Shown piece after piece: positions 50,653 to 60,093 of a DNA stretch of 64,000 bases (its first letter is position 1; every line of letters starts with the position of its first letter). Origin of the DNA: a bacterium. Its GTDB lineage: Bacteria > Patescibacteriota > Microgenomatia > UBA10105 > UBA927. The notes beneath the pieces were generated by a model that saw only the letters and a list, made by a program, of their open reading frames with translations, had not been told where the DNA came from and made no database searches. The DNA is taken from positions 4,376 through 68,375 of the forward strand of contig JAKAFY010000003.1 of assembly GCA_021817785.1 (NCBI GenBank), in the 5' to 3' direction. A program made the translations under genes and the position numbers.

Positions 50653-51966
50653 TTATGTATTATCCAGTTCTTTTTTCAGTGCGTCCAGAATAACCTTTGT
50701 ATCCGCTTTGGGTAACTTTCTCCGCACCAGCCCCATAAGGAACATAGCCGATTGCTGCTTGCCTGCTTTATAGTCTGCCACTGCTTTGGCGTTTTCTGCC
50801 AACACTGTAGATATAATGCCGGACAGGTCGTCCGCTGACACCGCGACCGTCGCCTTTGCGTCTTTGAGCGAGGCAATGAGTGCCGCCGGCAGCACCGTGT
50901 CGATATCCGGTTTTTTGTTGATGATCCAGTTGGCGACATCTTTGGGCGTGAACATGGTTCCTGCGACTTTTACTGCTTCTTCATAATAATCGGCGAGGGC
51001 GCGGGTATCGGTAAGTTGCGCTGCATCGGCAGTATGTAGTCCGTACGTTTTCTCAAAACGCATCCGCTTGACGTCCGGCAATTCGGGGAGCGTACTGCCG
51101 ATAGCCGCGATGTACTGTTTCGTAAACCGCATCGGCGGGATATCCGGCTCCGGGAAATAGCGGTAGTCCGCGGCTTCTTCTTTGGTGCGTTGCGACACGG
51201 TGGCATTTTTGGCTTCGTCCCACCCCCGCGTTTCCTGCGCGGGATTGACGCCGGTATCCAGGATTCTGGCATGGCGTTCGATTTCGTACTTGATCGCCCG
51301 CTCTGCGAATCGGAATGAGTTAATATTTTTTACTTCCACTTTATATGCTGGCAATCCCGTCTCGCCGACTTTGCGCAGCGAAATATTGGGCTCCAGCCGC
51401 ATGCTGCCTTTTTCCATATCCGCATCCGAAATCCCCAGGTACCGCACGATCTGATGCAGCTTTTTCAAAAATTCCTTGGCCGCTTCCGCGCTATGGATAT
51501 CCGCCTCCGTGACGATTTCAACCAGCGGCACACCGGATCGGTTAAAGTCTACGAGCGTCACCTTTTCGCCGTTTACCGTCGCGTGCTGCAATTTGCCGGT
51601 GTCTTCTTCCAAATGCACGCGATGGATGCGCACGGGACCGAACGAGGTTTCAATCTTCCCGCCGCGGCACAGCGGTTGGTCGTATTGGGATATTTGATAG
51701 CCTTTGGGAAGATCCGGATAAAAATAATGCTTGCGGTCGAATTTGGAAAACTCGGCAATCGTGCTTCCGAGGGCCAATCCCAGCATGATCGTCCACTCCA
51801 CGGCCTTTTTGTTGGGAACGGGGGTCGCGCCGGGGAGTCCCAAACATACGGGGCACGTCCCGGTATTGGGCACTTTGGCGAAATGGTCCGCGGGACACCC
51901 GCAGAACATGCCGCTTTTGGTTTTGAGTTCTACATGTATTTCTAATCCGATCACCGGTTCGTACAT
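50653..51966 (-). CDS. gatB: Asp-tRNA(Asn)/Glu-tRNA(Gln) amidotransferase subunit B
   Basis: MYEPVIGLEIHVELKT..., GatB/YqeY C-terminal domain. Confidence 0.95.
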   Translation of the reverse strand: MYEPVIGLEIHVELKTKSGMFCGCPADHFAKVPNTGTCPVCLGLPGATPVPNKKAVEWTIMLGLALGSTIAEFSKFDRKHYFYPDLPKGYQISQYDQPLCRGGKIETSFGPVRIHRVHLEEDTGKLQHATVNGEKVTLVDFNRSGVPLVEIVTEADIHSAEAAKEFLKKLHQIVRYLGISDADMEKGSMRLEPNISLRKVGETGLPAYKVEVKNINSFRFAERAIKYEIERHARILDTGVNPAQETRGWDEAKNATVSQRTKEEAADYRYFPEPDIPPMRFTKQYIAAIGSTLPELPDVKRMRFEKTYGLHTADAAQLTDTRALADYYEEAVKVAGTMFTPKDVANWIINKKPDIDTVLPAALIASLKDAKATVAVSADDLSGIISTVLAENAKAVADYKAGKQQSAMFLMGLVRRKLPKADTKVILDALKKELDNT

Positions 51967-51968
51967 AA

Positions 51969-52062
51969 AATAGTTTGTAAAGTTGAAAGTGTATAAAGTT
52001 TGTAACGTAATTACTTTATGAACTTTCGAACTTTATGAACTTTTTAACTTTTTTTCGCCCAT
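51969..52062. repeat. 9-bp tandem repeat array B (forward units then inverted units)
   Basis: agtttgtaaagttgaaagtgtataaagtttgtaacg | ttactttatgaactttcgaactttatgaactttttaacttttttt; overlaps the last codons and stop of gatA. Confidence 0.85.
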
Positions 52063-53462
52063 TCATTCCAATCCGTTGCCTGCTCGTATGCGTGTGCAGC
52101 CCGAATGACTTTTGCTTCCTGCCACAGGTTGCCCATGATATTTAATCCGATATACAAATTGGTCGCCGGATCGCGGAAACACGGGACATTGATGCCCGGC
52201 AAGCCGGACACGGAACTGGCTTCCAGGAGCATGTCTTCCAGTTCTCCGTACATCGGACTCTGTGTAGACGCCCCAAGTTTTTGGGCAAACCCCGGAGATG
52301 TGGGAGAAATAAGCACGTCATAGTGGCTGAATAATTCATGGAAATTTTGGATGATGAGGCTTCTGACCTGTTGTGCCCGGACATAATATTTGTCTGCGTA
52401 CCCGTGGGACAGTGTAAATGTGCCCAGCATGATGCGCCGTTTGGCTTCGTCGCCGAACGCACCGCGATCGCCGCCGTAGCGCACCCCGTCGTATCGGGCG
52501 AGATTCGAACTTACTTCTCCGCGCTGTACCACCGTATAGACGCCGATGGCATAATCGGGATTTAACATATGCTTGGGCTTCACCTCATCGGACACCGGCA
52601 CCGGCTCTACCACAGCACCCAACTGCTCAAATACTTTTCCTGCGGTAATGACCGCGTCAGCCGCCGGCGTACCTCTCAGCGCATGATGGTCGACATAACA
52701 CAGACCGATCTTCATGCCTTTGACCCCGCCATCGAGCTGTTTCGTAAGATCCGGCACGGGATCGGTGGATGTAGATGCGTTGTATGGGTCATGGCCTGCG
52801 ATATGGTTAAACACCAATGCACAGTCCCGCACGGTTTTCCCTATCGGGCCGGGCGTATCAGTCGAAGATGCCATGGCTACCACGCCATACCGGCTCGTCC
52901 TGCCGTACGTCGGCTTAAGCCCCACGACACCGCACCATGCCGCCGGCTGGCGTATACTCCCCGCCGTTTCGCTGCCGATAGCGGCAATACACAGATTTGC
53001 AGCGACTGCAGCGGCAGAACCGCCACTGGAACCTCCGGGCAGATATTCCGGATTGCGCGGATTTTTCGTGGGACCGAAGTCAGACGTTTCCGTACTGCTG
53101 CCATGAGCCCAGGCATCCATATTGGTTTTGCCAACCACCACACCTCCGGATTTTTTTAATCGGGAGATGACGGTCGACTCGTATGGCGGCATAAATCCTT
53201 TGAGCACGTTAGACGACGCCGTGGTTTCCAGCCCCGGGGTCAGAAAATTATCCTTGACGGCTATCGGTACGCCCGCAAGAGGCGTGTTGAGAAGTTTCTC
53301 CCCTTTGGACACTGCTTCGGGATCGAGCGCTAAATAAATATTAAGCTCCGTGTTTTTCTCCGAGATGGCATCATGGACGTCTTTATACAGTTCCGCATGG
53401 GAAATTTCTTTCTTTTTCAGTTTATCTATGGCTTGGGTAAGCGTGAGGCGGTGCAAGTTCAT
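52044..53462 (-). CDS. gatA: Glu-tRNA(Gln) amidotransferase subunit A (amidase signature)
   Basis: GGSSGGSAAAVAA amidase signature, Ser-cisSer-Lys triad context. Confidence 0.95.
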   Translation of the reverse strand: MNLHRLTLTQAIDKLKKKEISHAELYKDVHDAISEKNTELNIYLALDPEAVSKGEKLLNTPLAGVPIAVKDNFLTPGLETTASSNVLKGFMPPYESTVISRLKKSGGVVVGKTNMDAWAHGSSTETSDFGPTKNPRNPEYLPGGSSGGSAAAVAANLCIAAIGSETAGSIRQPAAWCGVVGLKPTYGRTSRYGVVAMASSTDTPGPIGKTVRDCALVFNHIAGHDPYNASTSTDPVPDLTKQLDGGVKGMKIGLCYVDHHALRGTPAADAVITAGKVFEQLGAVVEPVPVSDEVKPKHMLNPDYAIGVYTVVQRGEVSSNLARYDGVRYGGDRGAFGDEAKRRIMLGTFTLSHGYADKYYVRAQQVRSLIIQNFHELFSHYDVLISPTSPGFAQKLGASTQSPMYGELEDMLLEASSVSGLPGINVPCFRDPATNLYIGLNIMGNLWQEAKVIRAAHAYEQATDWNEWAKKS

Positions 53463-53464
53463 AC

Positions 53465-53770
53465 TTATTCATCCAAAATCTGATCGACGACAAAAAATCC
53501 GTTATGGGTGCGTTTGCCGTTTGCCAGCGCCTGCTCTTGGGTAAACATACGAGACGAATCTATTTCGTCTTCCCGGAATACGTTTTCAAAACCCGTCACC
53601 TGGCTTGTTGGGGTAACCCCTTTGACATCTACCTTGCCGAGCTTGTCAACGACATCCATCGTCGTCGTAAATCCGTGGGCCAATTCACCCGCTTCTTCAT
53701 CGGTAATGGGGATATGCGCGAGTGTCGCAATTTTTTGTACTGTCGCAGCAGTAAACGGAGACGCTTTCAT
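53465..53770 (-). CDS. gatC: Glu-tRNA(Gln) amidotransferase subunit C
   Basis: About 100 aa preceding gatA; start taken at MKASPFTAATV. Confidence 0.8.
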   Translation of the reverse strand: MKASPFTAATVQKIATLAHIPITDEEAGELAHGFTTTMDVVDKLGKVDVKGVTPTSQVTGFENVFREDEIDSSRMFTQEQALANGKRTHNGFFVVDQILDE

Positions 53771-53816
53771 GAGCTCATTATAGCGGAAATGCAAAAGAGG
53801 TGATAGGCTTTATATT

Positions 53817-54104
53817 ATGACCAAATACCGCGAGGCCGTACAACAAATGCTCACCGAAAATAAAGAGCTTTTCGATGAATTCCGTCCGATCCATGATGCG
53901 TATATGCTAAACCCTGCGGTAAACCAGGCAAAATATAACTCCATAGGCAGTACAGTGATGGATACGATACGCGAATATGAACGCAGGCTCTGCGCCAAAA
54001 TGGGCGGCGGTATGTACAGCAAATTTTCGGCCAACCTGTCGGAAAAATTTATGGAAGAAATTAAAAAAACGTTCCCCAAGATTATGTTTATTGGAGTGGA
54101 GTGA
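53817..54104 (+). CDS. small hypothetical protein (95 aa)
   Basis: Clean ORF divergent from gatC; the opposite-strand ORF looks non-coding. Confidence 0.4.
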   Translation: MTKYREAVQQMLTENKELFDEFRPIHDAYMLNPAVNQAKYNSIGSTVMDTIREYERRLCAKMGGGMYSKFSANLSEKFMEEIKKTFPKIMFIGVE

Positions 54105-54687
54105 GCGCGCGTATATCTTCTTGAAGCTGTTTTGGATTTTCAAAAAGTATTGTATGTATTCCCAATTCTTTTGCGGGGATAAGAAAACGAGGTTTGTCAT
54201 CGATATAGATGGTTTCCTGTGGCTTTGATTTCGTTTTGGCCAAGATGAGTGTATATATGTCCGGATTTGGTTTACGTATACCAACTTCATGGGAAAATAT
54301 GCCGCCATCAAACCAGGACAGAAAATGATACTGCTGTTCAAGCCGATCGACCCGCTCTTTCACATTATCGGAAAGATAATAAGTGGCATATCGTTTTTTC
54401 AGTTGAAAGAGAAGTTCTTTTGTATCCTCTATCAATTCATACCCATGTATCCACGCTTCCTCTAGTTCTACAACAGGTTGTGATATACCAAGAATCGCTT
54501 GAAACTGTTTCCAAAACTCATCACGAGAAAGTTTTCCTTCACGATAGGCTGTCCCTATCGTACCGCTTACGACTTTTTGCACGTTATCCTCCGGAATATG
54601 AAATTTCTTGCTTACATACTCTCGAAACGCGCGGGAACCATTGGTAAAAAGCACGCCGCCGAGATCAAAGATAATTGTAGTGATCAT
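54088..54687 (-). CDS. HAD-IA hydrolase
   Basis: Motif I IIFDLGGVL, later YLSDN and IYIDDK. Confidence 0.8.
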   Translation of the reverse strand: MITTIIFDLGGVLFTNGSRAFREYVSKKFHIPEDNVQKVVSGTIGTAYREGKLSRDEFWKQFQAILGISQPVVELEEAWIHGYELIEDTKELLFQLKKRYATYYLSDNVKERVDRLEQQYHFLSWFDGGIFSHEVGIRKPNPDIYTLILAKTKSKPQETIYIDDKPRFLIPAKELGIHTILFENPKQLQEDIRALTPLQ

Positions 54688-55289
54688 ATACCCAATGCAT
54701 CTCGAATATTCTTAACTGACGAAGCAATGTTGTTTGTATCAAATACCATCCCCTGCCAGCCGCGGGATTTGACGATGGCAATATATTCTTCCACATCATC
54801 AATAAATAACATTTCTTCGGGCGAAACACCGGACGCTTGCTCTGCTAATTCAAAAATGCGAGCTTCTGGTTTGACCACTCCAACGGCCGACGAATCAATG
54901 ATCGTATGCCAGGAAATAGATGGGATAAGCCCTTTTTGCATTGCATATTTCATCGATCCGTCCTCAGCATTAGAAAGAAGCCCCAATGTGTATGTGCTTT
55001 GTAGTTCACGCACCAACGCATGCGTTTCGACAATGGGAGCATAGTGATCCGACCAAAAATCAGATGTCGAAGGAAACGGAGGATTCAATCCTAATATTTT
55101 TGCATACTCCGCCATGTATCCCAAGCCAGTAAGTTGCCCCCGTGCTGCTTTTTCCCAATGCCTTTCCAGCACCTTGTAGAGCGACTCTTCCGACACGCCG
55201 TATTTCTTCGCGACACGCGTATATCCGCCTCGCCAATCCAGTAAAACTCCACCGATATCAAAATAAATAAATTTTATGGGTTTTTTCAT
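54684..55289 (-). CDS. HAD-IA hydrolase (tandem paralogue)
   Basis: Motif I IYFDIGGVLL, FIDDVEE; overlaps the previous gene by 4 bp. Confidence 0.8.
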   Translation of the reverse strand: MKKPIKFIYFDIGGVLLDWRGGYTRVAKKYGVSEESLYKVLERHWEKAARGQLTGLGYMAEYAKILGLNPPFPSTSDFWSDHYAPIVETHALVRELQSTYTLGLLSNAEDGSMKYAMQKGLIPSISWHTIIDSSAVGVVKPEARIFELAEQASGVSPEEMLFIDDVEEYIAIVKSRGWQGMVFDTNNIASSVKNIRDALGI

Positions 55290-55293
55290 AGAT

Positions 55294-56013
55294 TTACCGA
55301 AGAATGTTGTTGGCGCTGTGCTCGAGCGAATCGTCCAATGGCGCAAGAGTACCAACAACTTTGCTAATTAACCAGTCAGCAATTTTTGGATTTTTAGGAA
55401 GCAACGGACCATGGAAATAGCAGCCGATGGTATTTTTGTATGTGGCTCCCTCGTACCCATCCTCTCCGTTATTTCCATATCCTTTGATCACTTTGGCGAG
55501 TGGCTGCATTTTAGGACCCAAATGCGTTCGACCGCCGTGGTTTTCAAAACCGACGATGATGGTGCCGGATAACTCGGCAGGCGTAATAATTTCGGCCACG
55601 GTATTGCCGATACATCGTTTTGCCTGATCTCCGGGGTGCACGGTGTAGAGATCCCATATCCCTGCTCCGGGTATAGGCTCACCCTGGTATGGTTTGTAAT
55701 AGGCTCCGACAAATTGGTATGCGGCACAGACAAAGAGCGCTGGGGTACCGTGTTCTATCATTTTTTTGACTACCGGCCCTTTGCGTTTCAGAAAATCTTC
55801 TCCCGCAAGCTTTTGCTGTCGATCCTGGGCCCCGCCCATAAAAATTAAATTACATTGTTCTAACTCTCTTACTGGCGTTTCTAGCGTTACTGGTGTTACT
55901 TGCACATGTATCCCCCGCCATACGCAGCGCTGTTGCAACACGATGACGTTCCCGCGATCGCCATACGTGGACATGAGGTCAGGGTATAACCACGCGATAC
56001 GAATAGAGTTCAT
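55294..56013 (-). CDS. gatD: lipid II isoglutaminyl synthase, glutaminase subunit (CobB/CobQ-like GATase)
   Basis: IAWLYPDLMSTYGDRGN N-terminus and GATase_3 layout; partner of murT. The start codon is supplied by the first unit of repeat array C (GTTCAT). Confidence 0.85.
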   Translation of the reverse strand: MNSIRIAWLYPDLMSTYGDRGNVIVLQQRCVWRGIHVQVTPVTLETPVRELEQCNLIFMGGAQDRQQKLAGEDFLKRKGPVVKKMIEHGTPALFVCAAYQFVGAYYKPYQGEPIPGAGIWDLYTVHPGDQAKRCIGNTVAEIITPAELSGTIIVGFENHGGRTHLGPKMQPLAKVIKGYGNNGEDGYEGATYKNTIGCYFHGPLLPKNPKIADWLISKVVGTLAPLDDSLEHSANNILR

Positions 56014-56052
56014 AAAGTTAAAAGTTAGTAACGTTTATAAAGTTTTAATAAA
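56008..56052. repeat. 9-bp tandem repeat array C
   Basis: gttcataaagttaaaagttagtaacgtttataaagttttaataaag; spans the gatD start and the 4HB gene stop. Confidence 0.8.
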
Positions 56053-56379
56053 GCCCGACAATAATCTTGATATTTCTTCGGATTTGCTGAGTAAATCATC
56101 GCGTCCTGAAGAGGTCACATATTTAAGATCACACGCAAGATATATCATCGACCGTACCTCCCCGCAGGATCCTTTTGCAATAAATAGAAAATTCTTTAAT
56201 TCTTTGTTTCCTTTCCGCTCAAATCCCTCAGCGATATTATTCATAATCGATACAGATGCTCGTTGGATCTGGTCTCGGAATCCGAAATCGCGGTTCGATC
56301 GAAACAAGTGATAGATGGTATTGGTCAACTCTTTTGCCCTTTGCCATGCAAGTATGTCTTCAAATCTATCTATTTTCAT
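56035..56379 (-). CDS. four-helix-bundle protein (23S rRNA-intervening-sequence protein family)
   Basis: ILAWQRAKELTNTIYHLFRSNRDFGFRDQIQRASVSIMNNIAEGFER...FLFIAKGSCGEV matches the TIGR02436-type pattern; flanked on both sides by 9-bp repeat arrays. Confidence 0.8.
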   Translation of the reverse strand: MKIDRFEDILAWQRAKELTNTIYHLFRSNRDFGFRDQIQRASVSIMNNIAEGFERKGNKELKNFLFIAKGSCGEVRSMIYLACDLKYVTSSGRDDLLSKSEEISRLLSGFIKTL

Positions 56380-56383
56380 ATCG

Positions 56384-56583
56384 TACTTTATAAACTTTCT
56401 AACTTTATGAACTTTACGAACTTTATGAACTTTCTCACTTTATAAACTTTATGAACTTTCCAACTTTATAAACTTTATGAACTTTTCACTTTTTCCCCTT
56501 CTCACTTTATAAACTTTCCAACTTTATAAACTTTATGAACTTTCTAACTTTATAAACTTTACGAACTTTCTCACTTTACGAAC
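56384..56583. repeat. 9-bp tandem repeat array D (about 22 units ACTTTATRA / ACTTTCYMA)
   Basis: tactttataaactttctaactttatgaactttacgaactttatgaactttctcactttataaactttatgaactttccaactttataaactttatgaacttttcactttttccccttctcactttataaactttccaactttataaactttatgaactttctaactttataaactttacgaactttctcactttacgaac. Confidence 0.9.
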
Positions 56584-57900
56584 TTATAATATCTTCTTCC
56601 CCGTGAGTATTTCCCGTATATCGAGCATCGCGGAGTACGTCGGCAGCACATACAGCGTTTGCCCTTTCGGAACTCGGGCCAGCGCATCCGTCACGGCCAT
56701 CATGAGGTTTGGTTCGATATCCATGCGTTTTGTATCTACCCCGGCGTATTTTAACCGCAGCGCCATATCGTACACGCGGTCACCGCTTACCGTAACGCGC
56801 ACGGATTTCGGAAGCGTTTCAAAATCCACATCCCAAATCCAGCTTACATCCCGGCCGTCCGGTATACGATCGTTTAATGCAAACAGAAAATACTGTCCCC
56901 GTTGTTCGATGACGGTGCGAAGCGATGCGTTAAACCCGGCCGGATTTTTGGAAAGAAATATTTTGACGGTCCTGCCGTCCATCACGATTTCTTCCTGTCT
57001 GCCGAATGCGGGTTTAAATGATTTCAGGGCGTGGGCTATATCCGTATCTCGGACGGACAACGATCCAGCCACGGCTACGGCAGCCAGCGTATTGTACTGG
57101 TTATAGAGCCCCGGCAATGGATTCGGCCAGGCAGACACGGATGGCACCGGCCGCGTATACCCGCACGCCGGACACGTCCACAAACCCAAGTGAGAAAAAT
57201 AGATGCCGTCGTAACGCAGTCTGTTGCCGCATTTCGGGCAAAAGGTCGAGTCGGTCGCATGCTCGGCTACGTTCAAAAATTTTGTCTTATCTTGGACGCC
57301 AAAGTATATGACGGTTCCCGGCACGGATTTACCCAGATATGCCACACCCGGATCATCGGCGTTTATGATGACCTGGGTTTCTTTCGGAAGCGCGGCAAAT
57401 GCCTTTTCCCATTTTTCTATGATCACGTCTACCTCACCATAGCGGTCCAGCTGATCACGAAAAAGATTCAGAACCACGATCCGCGAGGGTTTCATGTATC
57501 GGAGCACGATCGGCAGCGAATTTTCATCGACTTCAAAAATTCCGACGTCGGCGGTGATCCTCCCCAAAAAATCCGCGTGGCGGATAAACGAAGACACCAC
57601 GCCGTTTAACAAATTGGCTCCCGTGGCGTTATGGATGACGACGTCTCCCACGTGTTCCAAAATAGTCTTCAGCATAAGCGACGTAGTGGTTTTCCCGTTC
57701 GTACCGACCACGAGGATGACGCCTTTTTGAAATTCTTTGGCAAGCGACGCTGCAATATGCGGCCGCAGAGTGAGGGCGATTTCTCCCGGCCACGTGGCGC
57801 CGGCACCCAAATGGAATGTGGTACTTACAAACGAAACAAATTTTGAAAGAATGACAACGAGGCGGTCAATCAAATCCATATCCGTATTATCGCGCAACAT
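56584..57900 (-). CDS. murT: lipid II isoglutaminyl synthase, Mur-ligase-like subunit
   Basis: VVGTNGKTTTS P-loop, Cys4 ribbon CPKCG...CPACG, C-terminal DUF1727-like region; start uncertain (ATGs at 57900 and 57879; the ORF extends to 57990). Confidence 0.85.
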   Translation of the reverse strand: MLRDNTDMDLIDRLVVILSKFVSFVSTTFHLGAGATWPGEIALTLRPHIAASLAKEFQKGVILVVGTNGKTTTSLMLKTILEHVGDVVIHNATGANLLNGVVSSFIRHADFLGRITADVGIFEVDENSLPIVLRYMKPSRIVVLNLFRDQLDRYGEVDVIIEKWEKAFAALPKETQVIINADDPGVAYLGKSVPGTVIYFGVQDKTKFLNVAEHATDSTFCPKCGNRLRYDGIYFSHLGLWTCPACGYTRPVPSVSAWPNPLPGLYNQYNTLAAVAVAGSLSVRDTDIAHALKSFKPAFGRQEEIVMDGRTVKIFLSKNPAGFNASLRTVIEQRGQYFLFALNDRIPDGRDVSWIWDVDFETLPKSVRVTVSGDRVYDMALRLKYAGVDTKRMDIEPNLMMAVTDALARVPKGQTLYVLPTYSAMLDIREILTGKKIL

Positions 57901-57967
57901 ATGTATGGAAGGCAACGTGCCGCACGTATGAAGACTGATACATCGCGACGCTATCACGGTTATTCTA

Positions 57968-58564
57968 TCATCGAATTCCCAGAGACTCACGGAGCCGTTC
58001 TACAGGATGCAAACCACCGTGAGGAAAATCAAATTCATTAACTGTCATTCCGTGAAGCCGATCCGGTAATATAATCTCTTCATCCTGCCAAAGTCGCCTC
58101 GTCACGGCAGGGTGTAGCACGCGTTGTGCGACTAAACGATCCAACGCTCCAACCGGATACCATCGCCATGGGCCATGTTTGTTAGGTTCCCGACGCTCGG
58201 GCGGAGCACCGTCTGTCGCTTCATCATAGTAGATATAAAATATTTGCATCCGACGCCAAAATCCATCTTGATTAACCTCAACTGGTGACCTATGTCTGCC
58301 GATAAGATATTCTGGACTCCATATTCTTCTTCCCGTTTCTTCTGGCATCTCACGCATGGCAGTTTGTTCAAACGTTTCTCCATCCTCCCCTTTTCCACCA
58401 GGAAGGGTAAGCAGCCCCTTATTAACTCCAAGTAAGCGTCTGGCTAGTAATACTTTTGGGTCGCTCTCTGCGTCTTTAATAGCAACAATGGCCGCCACAC
58501 GGGTTGCAAATATTCGAGGAGTCCTGACTGAGCGTTCTCTAATCATTAGCAGACATTCTATCAC
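57968..58564 (-). CDS. NUDIX hydrolase
   Basis: Nudix box LPGGKGEDGETFEQTAMREMPEETG. Confidence 0.75.
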   Translation of the reverse strand: MIECLLMIRERSVRTPRIFATRVAAIVAIKDAESDPKVLLARRLLGVNKGLLTLPGGKGEDGETFEQTAMREMPEETGRRIWSPEYLIGRHRSPVEVNQDGFWRRMQIFYIYYDEATDGAPPERREPNKHGPWRWYPVGALDRLVAQRVLHPAVTRRLWQDEEIILPDRLHGMTVNEFDFPHGGLHPVERLRESLGIR

Positions 58565-58598
58565 TCCTGAAAAGTCGCTTCATATCACGCGATACAGA

Positions 58599-59090
58599 TT
58601 ATACAATTGGCGTGTTCAGAAACACATGGACAAACACATCTTCGCCTTTGTAGCTGATAGTCTCCACGCCTATAGACAACGGCAAGTCAGGATAGTCTTT
58701 CATCGGGGTATAGGTATACTTCCAGTCTCCATCGGGAGCCAAATCAACCGGTTCATGTAGACGTGTGCGATCTGCAACGTTCGGCAATGTTGATTTCAGG
58801 TATGCCATAACCTGCTCTTCGGTTATACCCAACTGTTGTAGTTTTTCCGGCTTTACGATGCCTCCAGCAAACACACGGGTCGCCATCTCATCGCCTGTCT
58901 GCGCTATCTCCTGACCGCCCCCAATCCGCTTCGCAATCCAGTGATCATTGTACTTCGCATCTAATTCGGGAAACGACAATTCAGTGGCTTTCAACGTAAA
59001 CGGGCCACGCGTCACGGTTTGCCGCTGGCTTCCGCCTGCGTATCCCGCTTTCAACCCCATCGTTAATACGTTGTCTGCATTGGACATCAT
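58599..59090 (-). CDS. hypothetical protein (163 aa)
   Basis: ORF only. Confidence 0.4.
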   Translation of the reverse strand: MMSNADNVLTMGLKAGYAGGSQRQTVTRGPFTLKATELSFPELDAKYNDHWIAKRIGGGQEIAQTGDEMATRVFAGGIVKPEKLQQLGITEEQVMAYLKSTLPNVADRTRLHEPVDLAPDGDWKYTYTPMKDYPDLPLSIGVETISYKGEDVFVHVFLNTPIV

Positions 59091-59093
59091 AGA

Positions 59094-59999
59094 TTACATC
59101 GCCCGAAGTCTCTTTATCCGCTCTTCTATGGGCGGATGAGTATCAAAAAGTCCTGCAAACCATGCACCGTAATTTTTCCCCTTAAACGGATTGGTGATAT
59201 AGAGGTGCGCCGTGGCATTGGTCGCCGCTTCTAAAACCTCCTGGTCCTTTGCAAGCTTTTGCAAGGCGCTTGCTAGTCCCGCAGGATACCGCGTCAGGAG
59301 AGCGCCGGAAGCGTCCGCCAGATATTCCCGGTTTCGGGACACGGCAAGCTGGATCATGGTCGCAAAAATCGGAGAAAGGATAGCCAAAATGATGCCGACA
59401 AGCATCATGATTTGCCCTAAATTTCCGTCCCGGTCATCTCGTCTCCTTCCGCCGCCCCACCACAGCGTCCGCATAAAAAAGTCCGCCAGAAATACGATCG
59501 TTCCCACCAGCACTGCTACCACCGCCATAAGCCGGATATCGAAATTTTTTATGTGGCTCATCTCGTGGGCGATGACGCCCTCCAGCTCCCGACGGTCCAG
59601 ACGTGCCAAAATACCGCTGGTGGCACATACCACTGCATGCTCGGGATCCCTGCCCGTGGCAAACGCATTCATCGCGGTATCGTCGATGACATAGAGTTTG
59701 GGCTTCGGGATACCGGCTGCTATGGCCAGATTTTCCGCCACGGTAAAAAAGTCAAAATCCGTTCTCCGGTCGGCGGGTCTCGCGCCGGACATCGCAAGCA
59801 CCATTTGATCTCCCCAATAGTAGCTTGCAAAGCTCGATATCACGGCAAAAAGTACCGCAAACCACATGAATCCGTTGCCGTACCCTAACGCCTGGCCCAT
59901 CACGTATCCCACGACGATCACAAAGGCGATAAACAGCGCCATGATGACATAGGACTTTGTGATATTGCCACGGATAGAAGATTGGATACTCATATACAC
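59094..59999 (-). CDS. htpX: zinc metalloprotease HtpX (M48)
   Basis: TM helices plus VIAHEMSHI HExxH and downstream NREYLADA motif. Confidence 0.9.
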   Translation of the reverse strand: MYMSIQSSIRGNITKSYVIMALFIAFVIVVGYVMGQALGYGNGFMWFAVLFAVISSFASYYWGDQMVLAMSGARPADRRTDFDFFTVAENLAIAAGIPKPKLYVIDDTAMNAFATGRDPEHAVVCATSGILARLDRRELEGVIAHEMSHIKNFDIRLMAVVAVLVGTIVFLADFFMRTLWWGGGRRRDDRDGNLGQIMMLVGIILAILSPIFATMIQLAVSRNREYLADASGALLTRYPAGLASALQKLAKDQEVLEAATNATAHLYITNPFKGKNYGAWFAGLFDTHPPIEERIKRLRAM

Positions 60000-60001
60000 G
60001 T

Positions 60002-60080
60002 GTCATTCCCGCGAACGCGGGAATCCAGCGTATGATACACTGGATCCCCGACTCGCCTCGATTCGGCGGAGCGGGTCAGG
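60002..60080. repeat. dispersed double-hairpin element, copy 2 (inverted relative to copy 1)
   Basis: GTCATTCCCGCGaacGCGGGAATCCAGCGTATGATACACTGGATCCCCGACTCGCC...GGCGGAGCGGGTC. Confidence 0.75.
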
Positions 60081-60093
60081 CCAAAAAATAACG

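Noticed and set aside
43186-56583. CRISPR arrays as an explanation for the 9-bp repeats
   Set aside because: Units are only 9 bp and directly abutting, with no unique spacers and no cas genes.
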